Source: Selaginella moellendorffii
Lineage: Eukaryota > Plantae > Lycopodiophyta
Reading direction: 5' to 3'
Assembly (NCBI RefSeq): GCF_000143415.4
Contig: NW_003314439.1
Span: 80,186-144,185 of the forward strand
Length of the DNA stretch: 64,000 nt
Shown: positions 34,778 through 46,254 of the stretch, piece after piece
Layout of the letters: the number at the start of each line of letters is the position of its first letter
Position numbering within the stretch: position 1 is the stretch's first letter
Notes under the pieces: model-generated
Databases searched by the model: none
What the model saw: the letters and a program-made list of their open reading frames with translations, nothing else
Told to the model about the DNA's origin: nothing
Position numbers and translations under genes: made by a program

Positions 34778-37700
34778 TGTGGGAGTGTACAAGACCACGT
34801 CAGCACACAGCCACGTGAGCGATCCAGACGCCGCCACGGATCGTCACGATAAACCCATACATTTAACCATGTATCAACCGTCATAATAATAACACAACAC
34901 CGTTTCATATTACCACATGGTATCGGAGCAGCGAACGATCTAATGGCCAGAGGACAGTGGCACATGAAGAATCAAAGGGGCCAGGAACCCTTGGCTCAGG
35001 AGCGCGCGAGGGCTTTGGCAGTGCTGGCGCGGGTGGAGCGGAAGATCCAGGAGCGAAAGCGCCAACAAGCTCTTTGCCCAGCCTGCCGGAAGGTGTGCCC
35101 TTGTTGCGGCCGAGTTTTTCACGATTCTTCTCCACGCCGTCCTTTCTAAATTCTCTGTTTAATCTATTCTTAGATTAATAGATAGAATGTCTTCAGGAAA
35201 TTCTTGGGACTCTGGGGGCTGGGAGAAACTTCTCCAAAAGTTCACGGGACAGAATTTCTCCACTTGGAAAACAAAAGTACAGCTTATCCTTTTGGCCAAG
35301 GACTGCTGGCCTATAGTGGATGGAACGACTCAACGTCCGGCTGCTGCGGATGTAACCCAACGGCTCGACTGGGACTCCAAGAATCGGAAAGCGCTCTCTG
35401 TCATCGGGTTAGGTCTTGGGGATGAATTCGTTCATCTCCTTGATCTTACCAAAACAGCCCACCAGAACTGGACATCCCTTACACAAATCTTCGCTGCCAA
35501 AGCTGCCAATGCTAAGGTGGTGCTAACACAAAGGTTCTTCACGATGAGAATGCAACCTGATGACACCATGGCCACTTACATTGGAAAGTTTAAAGCGATG
35601 ATCAGCGAGCTGAAGGACGCGGAAGCGGCAATCACCATCGATCAAGCTAAGGCATTCCTTCTGAGCTCGGTCTCCCCTGATCTCCAACCTTTCGCATCGA
35701 TGCTCTCGGCAGTGCCTGGAAAGGACTTGGACTCGCTCTACTCGGACCTGATCGAGGAAGAACGAAAGCAGAACGAGCGGAGACAAAAGGCGCCCTCTCA
35801 GGCTGCTCGGGTGGAGCAGGCCTTGATCATGGGAAAGCAATCGGGTGGGAAGAAACGAGATGGCCCTGTTCGAGGACAAAAGAGCCCTTCTCCCAGCCCT
35901 GGATTTGCAACCAATAAAAAACGCAAGGGCCCATGTAACTACTGCGGCAAAGCTGGCCACGTGGAGCGTGAATGCCGGATCAAGAAAGCCGCAGAGAAAG
36001 CTCGCGCTGAAAGAAGCTCTTCTTCACGCCAACCTGACACAATGTTGATGATGACGCTCGCTGCATCTTCATCCACTGTGTCCGAAGCCGAAGTGCTCTG
36101 GATGGATTCTGGAGCCTCGATGCACCTCACACCCTTGAAGAGAGCTTTTCACAAGTACCGGCCACTGGAGCAGGAGAAGCAAGTCTTTGTAGGAGACAAA
36201 TGCCCCTTAACAGTGGAAGGACAAGGAACGGTCATCATAAAGTTGGAGAGTGGAGCTGAGAAGCTCGTGAACCAGGTCTACTACGTACCAGAAGCAGGAC
36301 AGACAGTGTTCTCAGTTGGTGTAGCAGCAGATCAAGGCTTCTCAACACTCTTCAATGCAGACGGATGCACCATCTTTGACGAGACTGGCCATCCAGTAGC
36401 TTTTGGTAGACGAGCTGAGACTCTCTACAAGCTCAATGCTCAGTTGATCCTCTCAACTCACGAGCAGGGGCATTTGCTTGCAATTCGCCCCAGCTCCTGG
36501 GCTGCCAACTCTCTCCAGCTCTGGCACGCTCGGCTAGGGCATGCCAATTCTCACGACATCTACCATCACTTCCAGGTCTACAAAAGCTGGGCAGAAAATG
36601 CCACTGGCTGTACCATCCGGACACTACGTTCAGATGGCGGCGGTGAGTATATGAGCAAGGAGTTTCTGGCATTTCTTGCTCAGGCTGGCATCCACCACGA
36701 GTACACCGCAGCCCACACCTCGCAGCAGAATGGGGTCGCCGAGCGCCTGAACAGGACACTTATGGACTGTGTACGCTGCCTTCTCCAGCACGCTGGCATG
36801 CCCAAGGTGTTTTGGGGAGAGGCACTCAACACAGCAGTGTACCTCCGGAACCGGCTGCCAACACGTTCCACAGGACAGGTGCCGTTTCAAGTATGGACTG
36901 GGAAGCGCCCCAAGTTAGGGCACTTGAGGGTGTTTGGTTGCATCGCCTACGCCCACATCCCCGATGTTCAGCGGCGGAAGCTGGATCCCAAGAGCGAGAA
37001 ATGCATCTTCATGGGCTATCACACCCAGGTAAAAGCCTATCGACTCTATAACTGCCAGCGCAGGAAACTGGTGGTGAGCCGAGATGTGGTGTTTGATGAA
37101 GCTCGTCTTTATCGAGATACCCTGAGACTCCCTCCTGTTTCTCCACCATCTCTGGTGGATCTTTCTGAGATTTTGGACGACGTTCCACATCTCCACCCAG
37201 CACCAGACAATCCAGCCGCTGCAGAGCCAGGAGGAGTTGCTGAAGGAGCGCCCGAAGGAGGCGATCTGGCAGGAGGAGCTGATCACGGTACTTCTCTTCC
37301 TTCGACACCTCCTCTGACGACTCCACAGGCCACAGCGGCTGCATCCTCAAGCACCAATGAACAGCCAGATCTTTCCACGCTTGTGGCTGACCTGTTCGTT
37401 GGCGACGAGTTATATCAAGATGCCACCACTCCTCCCAGCATTCCCAAGCTACCACCTCCTCCAGCCGGCACAGCAGTGGTGACACGCTCGGGTCGTGTCG
37501 TGAAACCATCTCTTAAAGCCAAGGAGGCGATGCCTATAGGAAAGCGTGCCTACTTCTGGGCTCTGTCGGCTCCACCTGCCTCTCTCGGTCCCCAAGCGGC
37601 TCTACATGGACCAGAAGCTGAACACTGGCAGGCAGCTATGCAGGAGGAGTATGATTCTCTCCAGAAAAACAACACTTGGTCGCTGGTTGAACTTCCAGCT

Positions 37701-39301
37701 CGCAGAAAGCTCGTCTCATCCAAGTGGTTGTTTAAGAAAAAGTACAACGCTGATGGAAGCATTGAGCGCTACAAGGCGAGATTTGTGGCACGCGGATTTT
37801 CTCAAGTTCATGGGCTGGACTACTCGGAGACTTACAGCCCGGTGGTGAAACTCACAACCATTCGTATGCTACTAATCTTAGCTGCAGAATTGGATCTCGA
37901 GCTCCATCAACTTGACGTTTGTACTGCGTTCCTTAACGGCGACATCGATGAAGAGGTGTATGTGGCTCAGCCTCCTGGTTTTATCCAGCCTGGAGAAGAA
38001 CACCTCGTTTGCAAGCTTCACAAAGCTCTCTACGGACTCAAGCAGTCGCCACGCCAATGGTACACGAAAATAGATTCTTTTCTAATTTCCCTTGGTTTCG
38101 TGCGCAGTGCTGCTGATTGTAACCTCTACATATATTTTGACGCTGAGGGCTATTTGTTCCTTGCGCTATATGTGGACGATGCTATTCTCGTGGCAAATCA
38201 GCTACGTTTGATCCACAAATTTAAAACGTACCTTGGCGCTAAATTTGCCATGAAAGACCTCGGTGAGTTGCATTTCTGCCTCGGTATCCAGGTGACGCGC
38301 AACAGGGAACGAGGCACTCTGGAGCTAAGCCAGGCAAAATATGTTTCCGACGTGCTCCAGAGGTATGGCCTTGCTCATGTTAATCCGGTTGCTACTCCCA
38401 TGGAAACAGGCACGAAATTATCTGCTGAGAGTGGAGAGTACCTTGATCAATCTCCCGAGGAGGAGAAAGCATCTAGAGCAGTCTATCGCTCTATGGTCGG
38501 CAGCCTGATCTACCTGGTAATCTCCACTCGGCCTGACCTTGCATATGCTGTGGGAACAGTGGCGAAGTACCTGGACCGTCCCTCCACAGCACACTGGCAG
38601 GCTTTGAAACGTATTATGAGGTACGTGGCAGGGACTAACCAGCTAACTTTAAAGTACTCCAGAGGCGAGAGCGGCAATAAGCTGGCTGGTTACTCTGATG
38701 CTGATTGGGCCGGGGATCCAGACAACAGGAAGTCAACCACAGGCTACGTTTTCCTGCTAAATGGAAATGTCGCAAGCTGGTGCAGCAAACGACAGGCTAT
38801 TACAGCGATGTCGAGTACTGAGGCTGAGTACATAGCTGCAGCAGCTGCAACCAAGGAAGCAGCGTGGCTGAAGGGACTTCTCCAGGATCTACAAATCAAC
38901 ACGGGCGTGGTCAAGCTATTGTGTGACAACCAGTCTGCAATAGCTTTGACCAAGAACTCCAGGTTCCACTCTCGTACTAAACACATTGAGCTGCGCTTCC
39001 ATTTTATACGAGAGCAGATCCAGAGAGGAATGATCGAGCTGGAGTTCTGCCCGACAAACTCCATGCTAGCGGACGTGCTAACAAAACCACTTCCTCGTGT
39101 TAAACATGAAGTCTTCACGAAGGCTCTTGGGCTGACTTTAGACGTTGGCCTTGAGGAGGAGTGTGGGAGTGTACAAGACCACGTCAGCACACAGCCACGT
39201 GAGCGATCCAGACGCCGCCACGGATCGTCACGATAAACCCATACATTTAACCATGTATCAACCGTCATAATAATAACACAACACCGTTTCATATTACCAC
39301 A
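34778..39301 (+). mobile_element. Ty1/Copia LTR retrotransposon, 4524 bp, 140-bp identical LTRs
   Basis: LTRs 34778-34917 and 39162-39301 (TG...CA), TSD CTCGC, PBS TGGTATCGGAGC at 34918, PPT TTGAGGAGGAG before the 3' LTR. Confidence 0.97.
35187..39236 (+). CDS. Copia gag-pol polyprotein, 1349 aa, with in-frame deletion in integrase
   Basis: Gag with CNYCGKAGHVEREC knuckle, protease WMDSGASMH, partial integrase (LRSDGGGEY, QNGVAER), RT (ALYVDD), RNase H (YSDADWAG); Copia domain order. Confidence 0.93.
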   Translation: MSSGNSWDSGGWEKLLQKFTGQNFSTWKTKVQLILLAKDCWPIVDGTTQRPAAADVTQRLDWDSKNRKALSVIGLGLGDEFVHLLDLTKTAHQNWTSLTQIFAAKAANAKVVLTQRFFTMRMQPDDTMATYIGKFKAMISELKDAEAAITIDQAKAFLLSSVSPDLQPFASMLSAVPGKDLDSLYSDLIEEERKQNERRQKAPSQAARVEQALIMGKQSGGKKRDGPVRGQKSPSPSPGFATNKKRKGPCNYCGKAGHVERECRIKKAAEKARAERSSSSRQPDTMLMMTLAASSSTVSEAEVLWMDSGASMHLTPLKRAFHKYRPLEQEKQVFVGDKCPLTVEGQGTVIIKLESGAEKLVNQVYYVPEAGQTVFSVGVAADQGFSTLFNADGCTIFDETGHPVAFGRRAETLYKLNAQLILSTHEQGHLLAIRPSSWAANSLQLWHARLGHANSHDIYHHFQVYKSWAENATGCTIRTLRSDGGGEYMSKEFLAFLAQAGIHHEYTAAHTSQQNGVAERLNRTLMDCVRCLLQHAGMPKVFWGEALNTAVYLRNRLPTRSTGQVPFQVWTGKRPKLGHLRVFGCIAYAHIPDVQRRKLDPKSEKCIFMGYHTQVKAYRLYNCQRRKLVVSRDVVFDEARLYRDTLRLPPVSPPSLVDLSEILDDVPHLHPAPDNPAAAEPGGVAEGAPEGGDLAGGADHGTSLPSTPPLTTPQATAAASSSTNEQPDLSTLVADLFVGDELYQDATTPPSIPKLPPPPAGTAVVTRSGRVVKPSLKAKEAMPIGKRAYFWALSAPPASLGPQAALHGPEAEHWQAAMQEEYDSLQKNNTWSLVELPARRKLVSSKWLFKKKYNADGSIERYKARFVARGFSQVHGLDYSETYSPVVKLTTIRMLLILAAELDLELHQLDVCTAFLNGDIDEEVYVAQPPGFIQPGEEHLVCKLHKALYGLKQSPRQWYTKIDSFLISLGFVRSAADCNLYIYFDAEGYLFLALYVDDAILVANQLRLIHKFKTYLGAKFAMKDLGELHFCLGIQVTRNRERGTLELSQAKYVSDVLQRYGLAHVNPVATPMETGTKLSAESGEYLDQSPEEEKASRAVYRSMVGSLIYLVISTRPDLAYAVGTVAKYLDRPSTAHWQALKRIMRYVAGTNQLTLKYSRGESGNKLAGYSDADWAGDPDNRKSTTGYVFLLNGNVASWCSKRQAITAMSSTEAEYIAAAAATKEAAWLKGLLQDLQINTGVVKLLCDNQSAIALTKNSRFHSRTKHIELRFHFIREQIQRGMIELEFCPTNSMLADVLTKPLPRVKHEVFTKALGLTLDVGLEEECGSVQDHVSTQPRERSRRRHGSSR

Positions 39302-40649
39302 CTCGCAAGCTCTCACCAGTGCTGCCACCACTCGGTCGTGTCCCTTGAGCCCGGCGAAAGAGAGGCTCGTCTTCGAGTACTTGTGAGCCAGCGGAATCAC
39401 CAAAAGCTTCCTGGCACGAACGAAACGTCTCTCATTTCGTTGGCGGTAGTCTTGCTGCGTTATCATAGCTGCTCCATCTCCACTCTCGGCTGCTGCTCCA
39501 TCCCCACTCTCGGCCCACTGCTGGAGAAGAGCTCTAACTCGAGGCAACGCGGAGACGAACGAGGGGACCGTCCCTGCCGGTATGAAGTCGACGTTGTTCC
39601 TCACCAGGCTAAACACCAGGCACAGCCTCGATCCACTGGCCACCTCCTCAAGCTGGTGCTCGCAGTCGCAAAAGAAAATCGTCGAGAAGCAGCGGCCGGA
39701 GCTCCCCTCGGAGAAATCAAACCTGGAGCACTGCCTTCCCTGGCGAACCGTGAGAGCCCCTCCGGTGTGGCCAGACGCCGTAGGGAGCTGGACGATCATC
39801 GTCGCAAACATGCCAGCCTCTTTCTCCGTGTCCCTGTGGAACTTGAAGTGGCCGCCAGCTTCGTAGAGGAGGAGCTTGTAGAGCCTAGCGTCGAGCTCCA
39901 GAGCTTTGGAGTCGAGTCCCATGGCGGCCAGCCCAGCGGCGGCGAGTTCTTGAGCCACAGAAGAAAAGAACCTTGGATTTTCGGGGCAGGAGATTCGACC
40001 GGGATTGATCTGCCATGCTCGTCTCACGTCCGTGTCCACCACAGTCCTCTCTCCAAGTCCGTAAGGGGCTTGCTGGGACACGGCCTTGAGCTTGTCAAGA
40101 CCCTCTTGCGAGAGAGGAAGCTCGACATTACCGGCGCCTTCGACGAGCAGCGACGATGGCATCTGGAACGAGCTGCCATCGATCTCACCTCCGGTGGCAA
40201 ACACCTCGCGATCGCTCCACAGCGCCCTGAGCAGCTCCTTGAAATGCATGGTTCCTTGCTGAACAAGCCTAAACCCTCGAGAACTTTAAATCCCTGCAAA
40301 ACGTCCACCATAAGCTGGAGGCAAAAAAATAGGAAAGTCGAAATCCCACCAGCTGACCTGATTAACGCAAAGCTTCGAAATGCTTCAAAGCAAAATAATC
40401 CTACAAGAAGCAAATGCGATATTTCTAACTGAAGATACCAAAATCGCTGTTTTGCTTGTGCTCGACGATGGAGGTCTAAAGAACACATGATTAGATCCCA
40501 AACACGGTAATCGTCCTTCGCCGCTTCTTACATTGCCGATAATCGGCAATCTCATCTTTAAACCCTGGGAACTGGAAAGCGAGGCTATCTAGGAAGCTCT
40601 CAAGATTGCTCTGTGGAACTCATGGATTGTGCCATGTCGGTCGCGCGGT

Positions 40650-41085
40650 AAGTCGATCAGCTCTGGATAGTTTTTGACGCTGGATTCGCAGTTTTTAAGG
40701 CAATGCGGGATTTCTGTGACGAAGTTTCAAGAAAGATGTCTCAGTAAGTCCTTGTAGTTTTATCTTTGATGCTCCCAGTGTGCTTGGATTCCAGGACTCT
40801 GTTTTAAGGCAATCCCAGCTTTGAGAAGAAGAGCTTGTCTTTCAGCTCCATGAGATGTCTCAGTAAGCCTCTCTCTGTGGTTTTATCAGCTCTGGATGGT
40901 TCTTGACACAGCTAGTATTGTGTGGTTCCAGGAATCCCGATCTAAGAGCAAGATAGATCATGCTTTGAATTTCCACTCAACTTTGGCTGGAAACTGTGGT
41001 GAGCGAGTGTCAACCGTATATGCTCCCTGACATCACACTTTCTTATGTCTTAAGAATCGCTGTTTTTAAGACAATGCCATCTTCG
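40650..41085. repeat. Degenerate tandem repeat, roughly 120-bp units
   Basis: Recurring gtttt(t)aaggcaat, gatgtctcagtaag (~40736, ~40855) and atcagctctggat (~40657, ~40885). Confidence 0.5.
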
Positions 41086-42804
41086 AGAGGAGCAACTGGT
41101 CCTGTTGTGACGAAAGATCCCTGAACGAGCGCAAAAACGGCTGCCTCGTTTGAAAGTCGCTCAAGAATTTAATTTCGGCCAAGACAAGGCAGCGGTGGTT
41201 TGTTGGCGGTGGATTTTATTCGGATGGAATTCGCGATTCACTTGTTTGTTGGTCGATTTCTGCAGGAGATTCGACGTTAAGTTGTAACTGTGGCTCTGCG
41301 TGAGCGGCACCGCAGCTGGAAAAAAGCGAGCTCCTGTTCCTCGATCGTAAGCACCTTAAGAAGTATATTATTTTTTCACTTAGGATACGCAAGCAATGAT
41401 CGACGAGGCATTTCCTTGCTGAGAATCTGACGCGGGAGATGTTGATTGACAGGGAGGGATCAAACAAACAAGGCTCTACAGCGCATGGAGCTTGAGGTGT
41501 CGGGGATCACACCGAATGTAGACGCATCCTCTGGAATCGCACAAGTGCTCAGGCTTAAACAACATACACAGTAAGCTTCTCACCTTTTCCATTCTTTCCT
41601 TCCACATCACTTTCCAGGGATTGAATCTTCCTGAACCAATCCTCATCAACTTGTGATGGAGATTCCTCGCGGGCGTGGAATGTGCTGCGCAGCGGGGATT
41701 TGCAAATGGAACTGGCAGCGGAGAAAAAGAAAAAGCAAGCGCAGCTGGATCGCGCAAAAAAAGAAACACTTCCAAGTCAGTAAGCTTCCAAAAAGTCCGA
41801 GAAGAACCGTGTTTTATCACGTTCTTGAGTTTGACAAACAAAAAACGTTTTTTTTTTCCTTGTAGCTCGCCCGCAATGCTACGCAGCCAAACGAGAACGA
41901 CGAGCGCCACCATAGCCAAACACAAATGGAAGACGAGCGAGAGCACGTAAGCTCGTACCGTAAAGCCGAACGAGCAAAGACGGTGGGTTGACCCTTCATT
42001 AACTGCGCCTGGCAAGCCGCCATTAAAGGCAGGCACTCGCGTTGCGAGCTACTGCCTCCATTCATTCATTCAATTCACGCACTGGTTGGTTTGTGTTTAG
42101 GTCCCTCCCAAGCGACGAGATTTCTCGCGTTCTCGCGACTTCGCGATCATCAGGTAAGCAAAAATCGCTCTTTTCTTCGCTTTTTTTAAAGAGCTTTTTT
42201 CGCGGGTGATTGATCCAGGAATTTCGTGGAGGATTCGAATTCGACGGAGTGTGATTCGATCGGCCGCATTTGTGGAGCGCTCGGCCCCAGATCCAATCGT
42301 AAGTCGCCCGCTCGCTTTTGGAGAAGAAGAGAGGGAGCATTTAATTCGCGGTGCGCAGTAGTCGCAGGGTCCTGTGTAGAGCTGGTCTCTATCTCATTCA
42401 AGCGCGCCTTTGAAATCTCCCCCATCCCTTCTCTTTCTTTCCTTTCTCTTTTGTTTTCTCCATCTTTCTTTCCCTGTGTGTGTGTGTTCTTCCCGCATTG
42501 GTCTATCTAAAGACCACTTTCTCGGCCCCCTCCTCTTCAGTCTTGTCACGGGTTCCAGGCAAAATCCAGCCGGGATTCATCCGGGCCTCCGTCCTCTCCT
42601 CCCATCTCTCAATCAATTCGATTCACTCCTCTCACCGCCCTCGCGCGCCCACCAGAAGCGACGAAGAGCTCGCAACGATCTCTCAATTGGGTGGCTGCAA
42701 TCGCCTAGTGGGCGCTCCTGATTCCTCGAGTGGGTTCCAGGTTTTGGATCTAATCGGCAGCCACAGGGAAAATGCTGGATCGCATTGCTTGATCCCAGGA
42801 GGGA

Positions 42805-45146
42805 ATGGCTTACTCGGGGAGTGGAAGAAGAAGACGAAGAAGAAGAATCCATTTTCATCCGCTGGTTCTTCCCTTTCTCTGGATCTCGCTCGCCATCCCA
42901 ATCCAAGGATCGCCGCGGGCGGAGGAAGCGCAAGCATCACCAGATTGCGTCTATCGCTGCGGCAACACCACAGTGCCCTATCCCTTCTTCATCGCTCCCA
43001 GCTCGCCTCCTCCATCGCATCACTCCTGCGGGCACCTCAAGCTCCATTGCGAGCACGGCACGCTCAAGCTCAAGATCAGCGCCGCCAGCTACCGCGTCCT
43101 GGGCTTCACTCGCAGCAACGTGATCATCATCGACCCACAAGGATGCGGCGGTGGCGGTGGCGCCGGCGTTGGTGGCGCCGCTACCGCCCCTTCCTCCTTC
43201 ACGATCTCCAACAACACAAACTACGCCCTCTCCTTTGGGAACCTCCTCATGCTCTACGGCTGTACGAACAACACCGCGTGCTACAACAACTGCAATTTCA
43301 ACAGCCGCGCGGTACACTGGCCGTACGCCGCCGGTGGGCAGCACGGCTGCGGCGTGACGCCGCAGTGCTGCTACGACCTCCAGTTCGCCAGCCTTACCGC
43401 GCTGCGCGACATCGACCTGGGCAGCTTCAATTGCTCGGGCTTCTCGAGCCTGGTGACTACTTTCAAGGAGAAGGGCGAGGACGTGAGCGTGGAGGCCAGG
43501 GAGGGATTGGGGCTCGAGTGGTGGCTCAATGGTAGCTGCCCGGCGGCGGCGGGGGTGGCGGCGGCGGAGGGGAGTTTGTGCGCCAGGAATGCAATGTGTG
43601 TGGCGGGGACGTTTGGAGGGCATACGTGTAGGTGTGAGGAGAAGTTCCACGGGGACCCTTACCGCGCGGGGTGCCGCCCAGGTATGTTGGAAGCCGTGCG
43701 GTACGCTAATGTTGGTTGTGTCGTGTGTTCTATGTAGATGGCCGGCGGCATTCCAAGGTCGTGCGAGGATCGATCATGTTTGCGGGTAAGTTACGTTGGA
43801 TCTTTAGATCGTTGTATGGATTGTATGTGTTGGTCTTGGCTGAGGTCATGAATGCACACGCACGATCTTCCAAGGTCTTCTTTGATCTCGTTGATCTTCT
43901 TGGTTGAGCGTCACTCATTCCATCCATGCACGATCGAGAGAGCTGACTCGTGGGTCTTGAAACAGGGATTCTCGCTGGAGCTACAGTTCTAGCAGCGGTG
44001 GTGATCGCGCTGGCGCTGCTCGCCGCCCGCTCGCGCCATCACCGCCGCCGCCTGTCCACCACCTTCCGCAGCATGCGCGACGCCAAGCAGCTCGCCAAGC
44101 TCGTCTCGCGCACCGGCAGCTCCAAGGCTGTCACCCTCTTCTCCTACAAGGACCTGGAGCGCGCCACCAAGGACTTCTCCCCGGCCCAGATGCTCGGCCA
44201 TGGCGGCCACGGCACCGTCTACAAGGGCAAGCTCCCGGACGGCCGCGACGTCGCGGTGAAGCGCATCAATCACATAAGCTCCCACGGGATCGAGCAAGTT
44301 CTCAACGAGGTGAAAGTTTTGCTGAGCGTCAGCCACCCCAATCTCGTCCAGCTCCTGGGCTGCTGCCTCGAGGTCTATGATCCGCTCCTCGTCTACGAGT
44401 TCGTCCCCAATGGGACGCTGGCGGAGCACCTCCAGCGGGAGCGCGGCGATGGGCTGGACTGGTTCACCCGGGTGGCGATCGCGGCGGAGGCGGCACAGGG
44501 CATCGCGTATCTTCACTCGCGCTCGCCGCCGATTTACCACCGCGACGTAAAGTCAACGAACATTCTCCTGGACGGTGAGTTCAACACGAAAGTTGGCGAC
44601 TTTGGGCTGTCGCGGACGGCGCTGACCGAGGCCAGCCACGTGTCGACCGCGCCGCAAGGCACGCCCGGGTACGTGGACCCGGACTACCACCAGAGCTTCC
44701 AGCTGTCCGACAAGAGTGACGTGTACAGCTTCGGGGTGGTGCTGGTGGAGATGATCACTAGCATGAAGGTGGTTGACTTCACGCGCGACAAGCGGGAGGT
44801 CAACCTGGCGGCGCTGGCGGTCGGCAAGATCGCCACCGACTGCCTGGATGAGATCATTGACCCGGCGCTCATGATCCAGGCGTGCAGGAACCCGGTGGTG
44901 AGGTGTATGATCCAGAGGATGGCGGAGCTCGCGTTTCGGTGCCTGGCGCACGAGAAGGACGCGAGGCCGAGCATGGCGGAGGTTTTTGACGAAGTGGAGG
45001 GGATCCGGCATTCGTGCCTCTCGCCCGGGGATCACTCGCCCATCCGGGACATCAAGATCGATGAGGTAAAGATCTCTGTTCGTGGCTCTGTTGATGATTG
45101 TGATTTTGCGTTTTTGTTCTTCCAGAGCTTGCTGACTCCAAGGTGA
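42805..45146 (+). CDS. Wall-associated kinase-like receptor kinase (WAKL14/21-type), multi-exon
   Basis: Signal region, CVYRCGNTTVPYPF (GUB_WAK-like), EGF-like CARNAMC...CRCEEKFHGDPY, TM helix, kinase (VAVKR, HRDVKSTNILLD, DFGLSR, STAPQGTPGYVDP). Confidence 0.92.
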
Positions 45147-45354
45147 TGGGAAAGGCGGGAGGGACTAACTTGTAGATAGACAAATAAAAACGAGAAAAAT
45201 GCTTGTAAATGCAGAAAAAATGGAGGAAATGTTTAGGCGGGAACTCTTTAAAGTCAATGGTAGTCAACACTATAGCGTCAGCGTGGGTTTACTCGACATC
45301 TTCATATTAGATCTGAGCTTCTTCGGTTTGCAATCAGCACTTGCCAACACATCA

Positions 45355-45417
45355 GGATCCTAGTAGCGCGTCTGACTCCAGATCAGAAGGCTGCGTGTTC
45401 GAGTCACGCCGGGTTCA
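45355..45417 (+). pseudogene. tRNA-Trp(CCA) pseudogene with ~9-nt deletion removing the 5' side of the D-arm
   Basis: GGATCC joined directly to TAGTAGCGCGTCTGACTCCAGATCAGAAGGCTGCGTGTTCGAGTCACGCCGGGTTCA; the GTGGCGCAA segment of plant cytosolic tRNA-Trp is absent. Confidence 0.8.
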
Positions 45418-46254
45418 TTATGTTGGTTTCATGATGTGTGAATGATTTCCTAACATTTGGCCATTTGGTCATTTGGTCCACCCCTCTTGCAAATGCCCAC
45501 TTTGGGCATAGCATTTTCACAAGTGATTCATTAAGAAACTCATCCCACCCCTTGAAGCGTATCTAGATTCTCTGGTGGGCACATGCATGGAAATCCATAA
45601 AGTGCTGTTCCTCACACTAAAAACTTTGCCACAGGCTTTCTTTTTGGGTGATGTTTACCAGAAGCATTTGATTTAGCAGTGGATCTACAAGCTTGGATCA
45701 CCCATGATCAGAGATCTATCTATATAAATCAATCTATGGCTGATCGATTGATTGGTGATCTTAGCTGTATGTTTTAACTCGTTTGGTGGTGTGTTTCAAT
45801 TGAAGATCATACGACCTGCAATGTCTTTTTCCTTGAACACCACAACAAGAAGGATAGAAAAGGCTCAAAAGAATGAGATGGAAGCATAGAAGAACTTTAA
45901 AACTCACATAATCATAGCAGGAGTTTGGAAATTCCCAATTTTTCCAGTTATACTCATCCAACTGGCCATATTATTGACGGATCCTGACCACAAAGACCTT
46001 AGAAATGGCCCCACTCATATAACTGATCTAATATGGCATGCTAGTGTGATGTGGCAAGTATGACTTCTATATCATTTAGGAGTTTCTATCATTCCTCCCA
46101 ATAGTAGTTGTTATAATAACCACATTATTTAGTTTGTTAAGTCAAACACTTTTATAGATCACACCCTTAAATCTTTAAGAAAAGCCTTATATTGTTCCCA
46201 GTCATTCCTTTATTAACCCTTTTCTATCCACCACATTACATCCATGCTGTAGAG

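Larger units (their letters stand above)
32757..40249 (-). pseudogene. Intronless 2OG-Fe(II) oxygenase-domain gene (~987 aa) interrupted by a Copia insertion
   Basis: 5' part 40249-39302 has LYKLLLYEAGGHFKFHRDTEK (HxD), CDCEH and RLCLVFSL; removing 34778-39301 plus one TSD copy joins ...RACE|FLDLHLCMLTK... in frame with the 664-aa ORF ending at 32757. Confidence 0.85.

Noticed and set aside
41200-42800. Short ORFs or a miRNA precursor upstream of the WAKL gene
   Set aside because: No convincing protein motif, long hairpin or known miRNA sequence seen.
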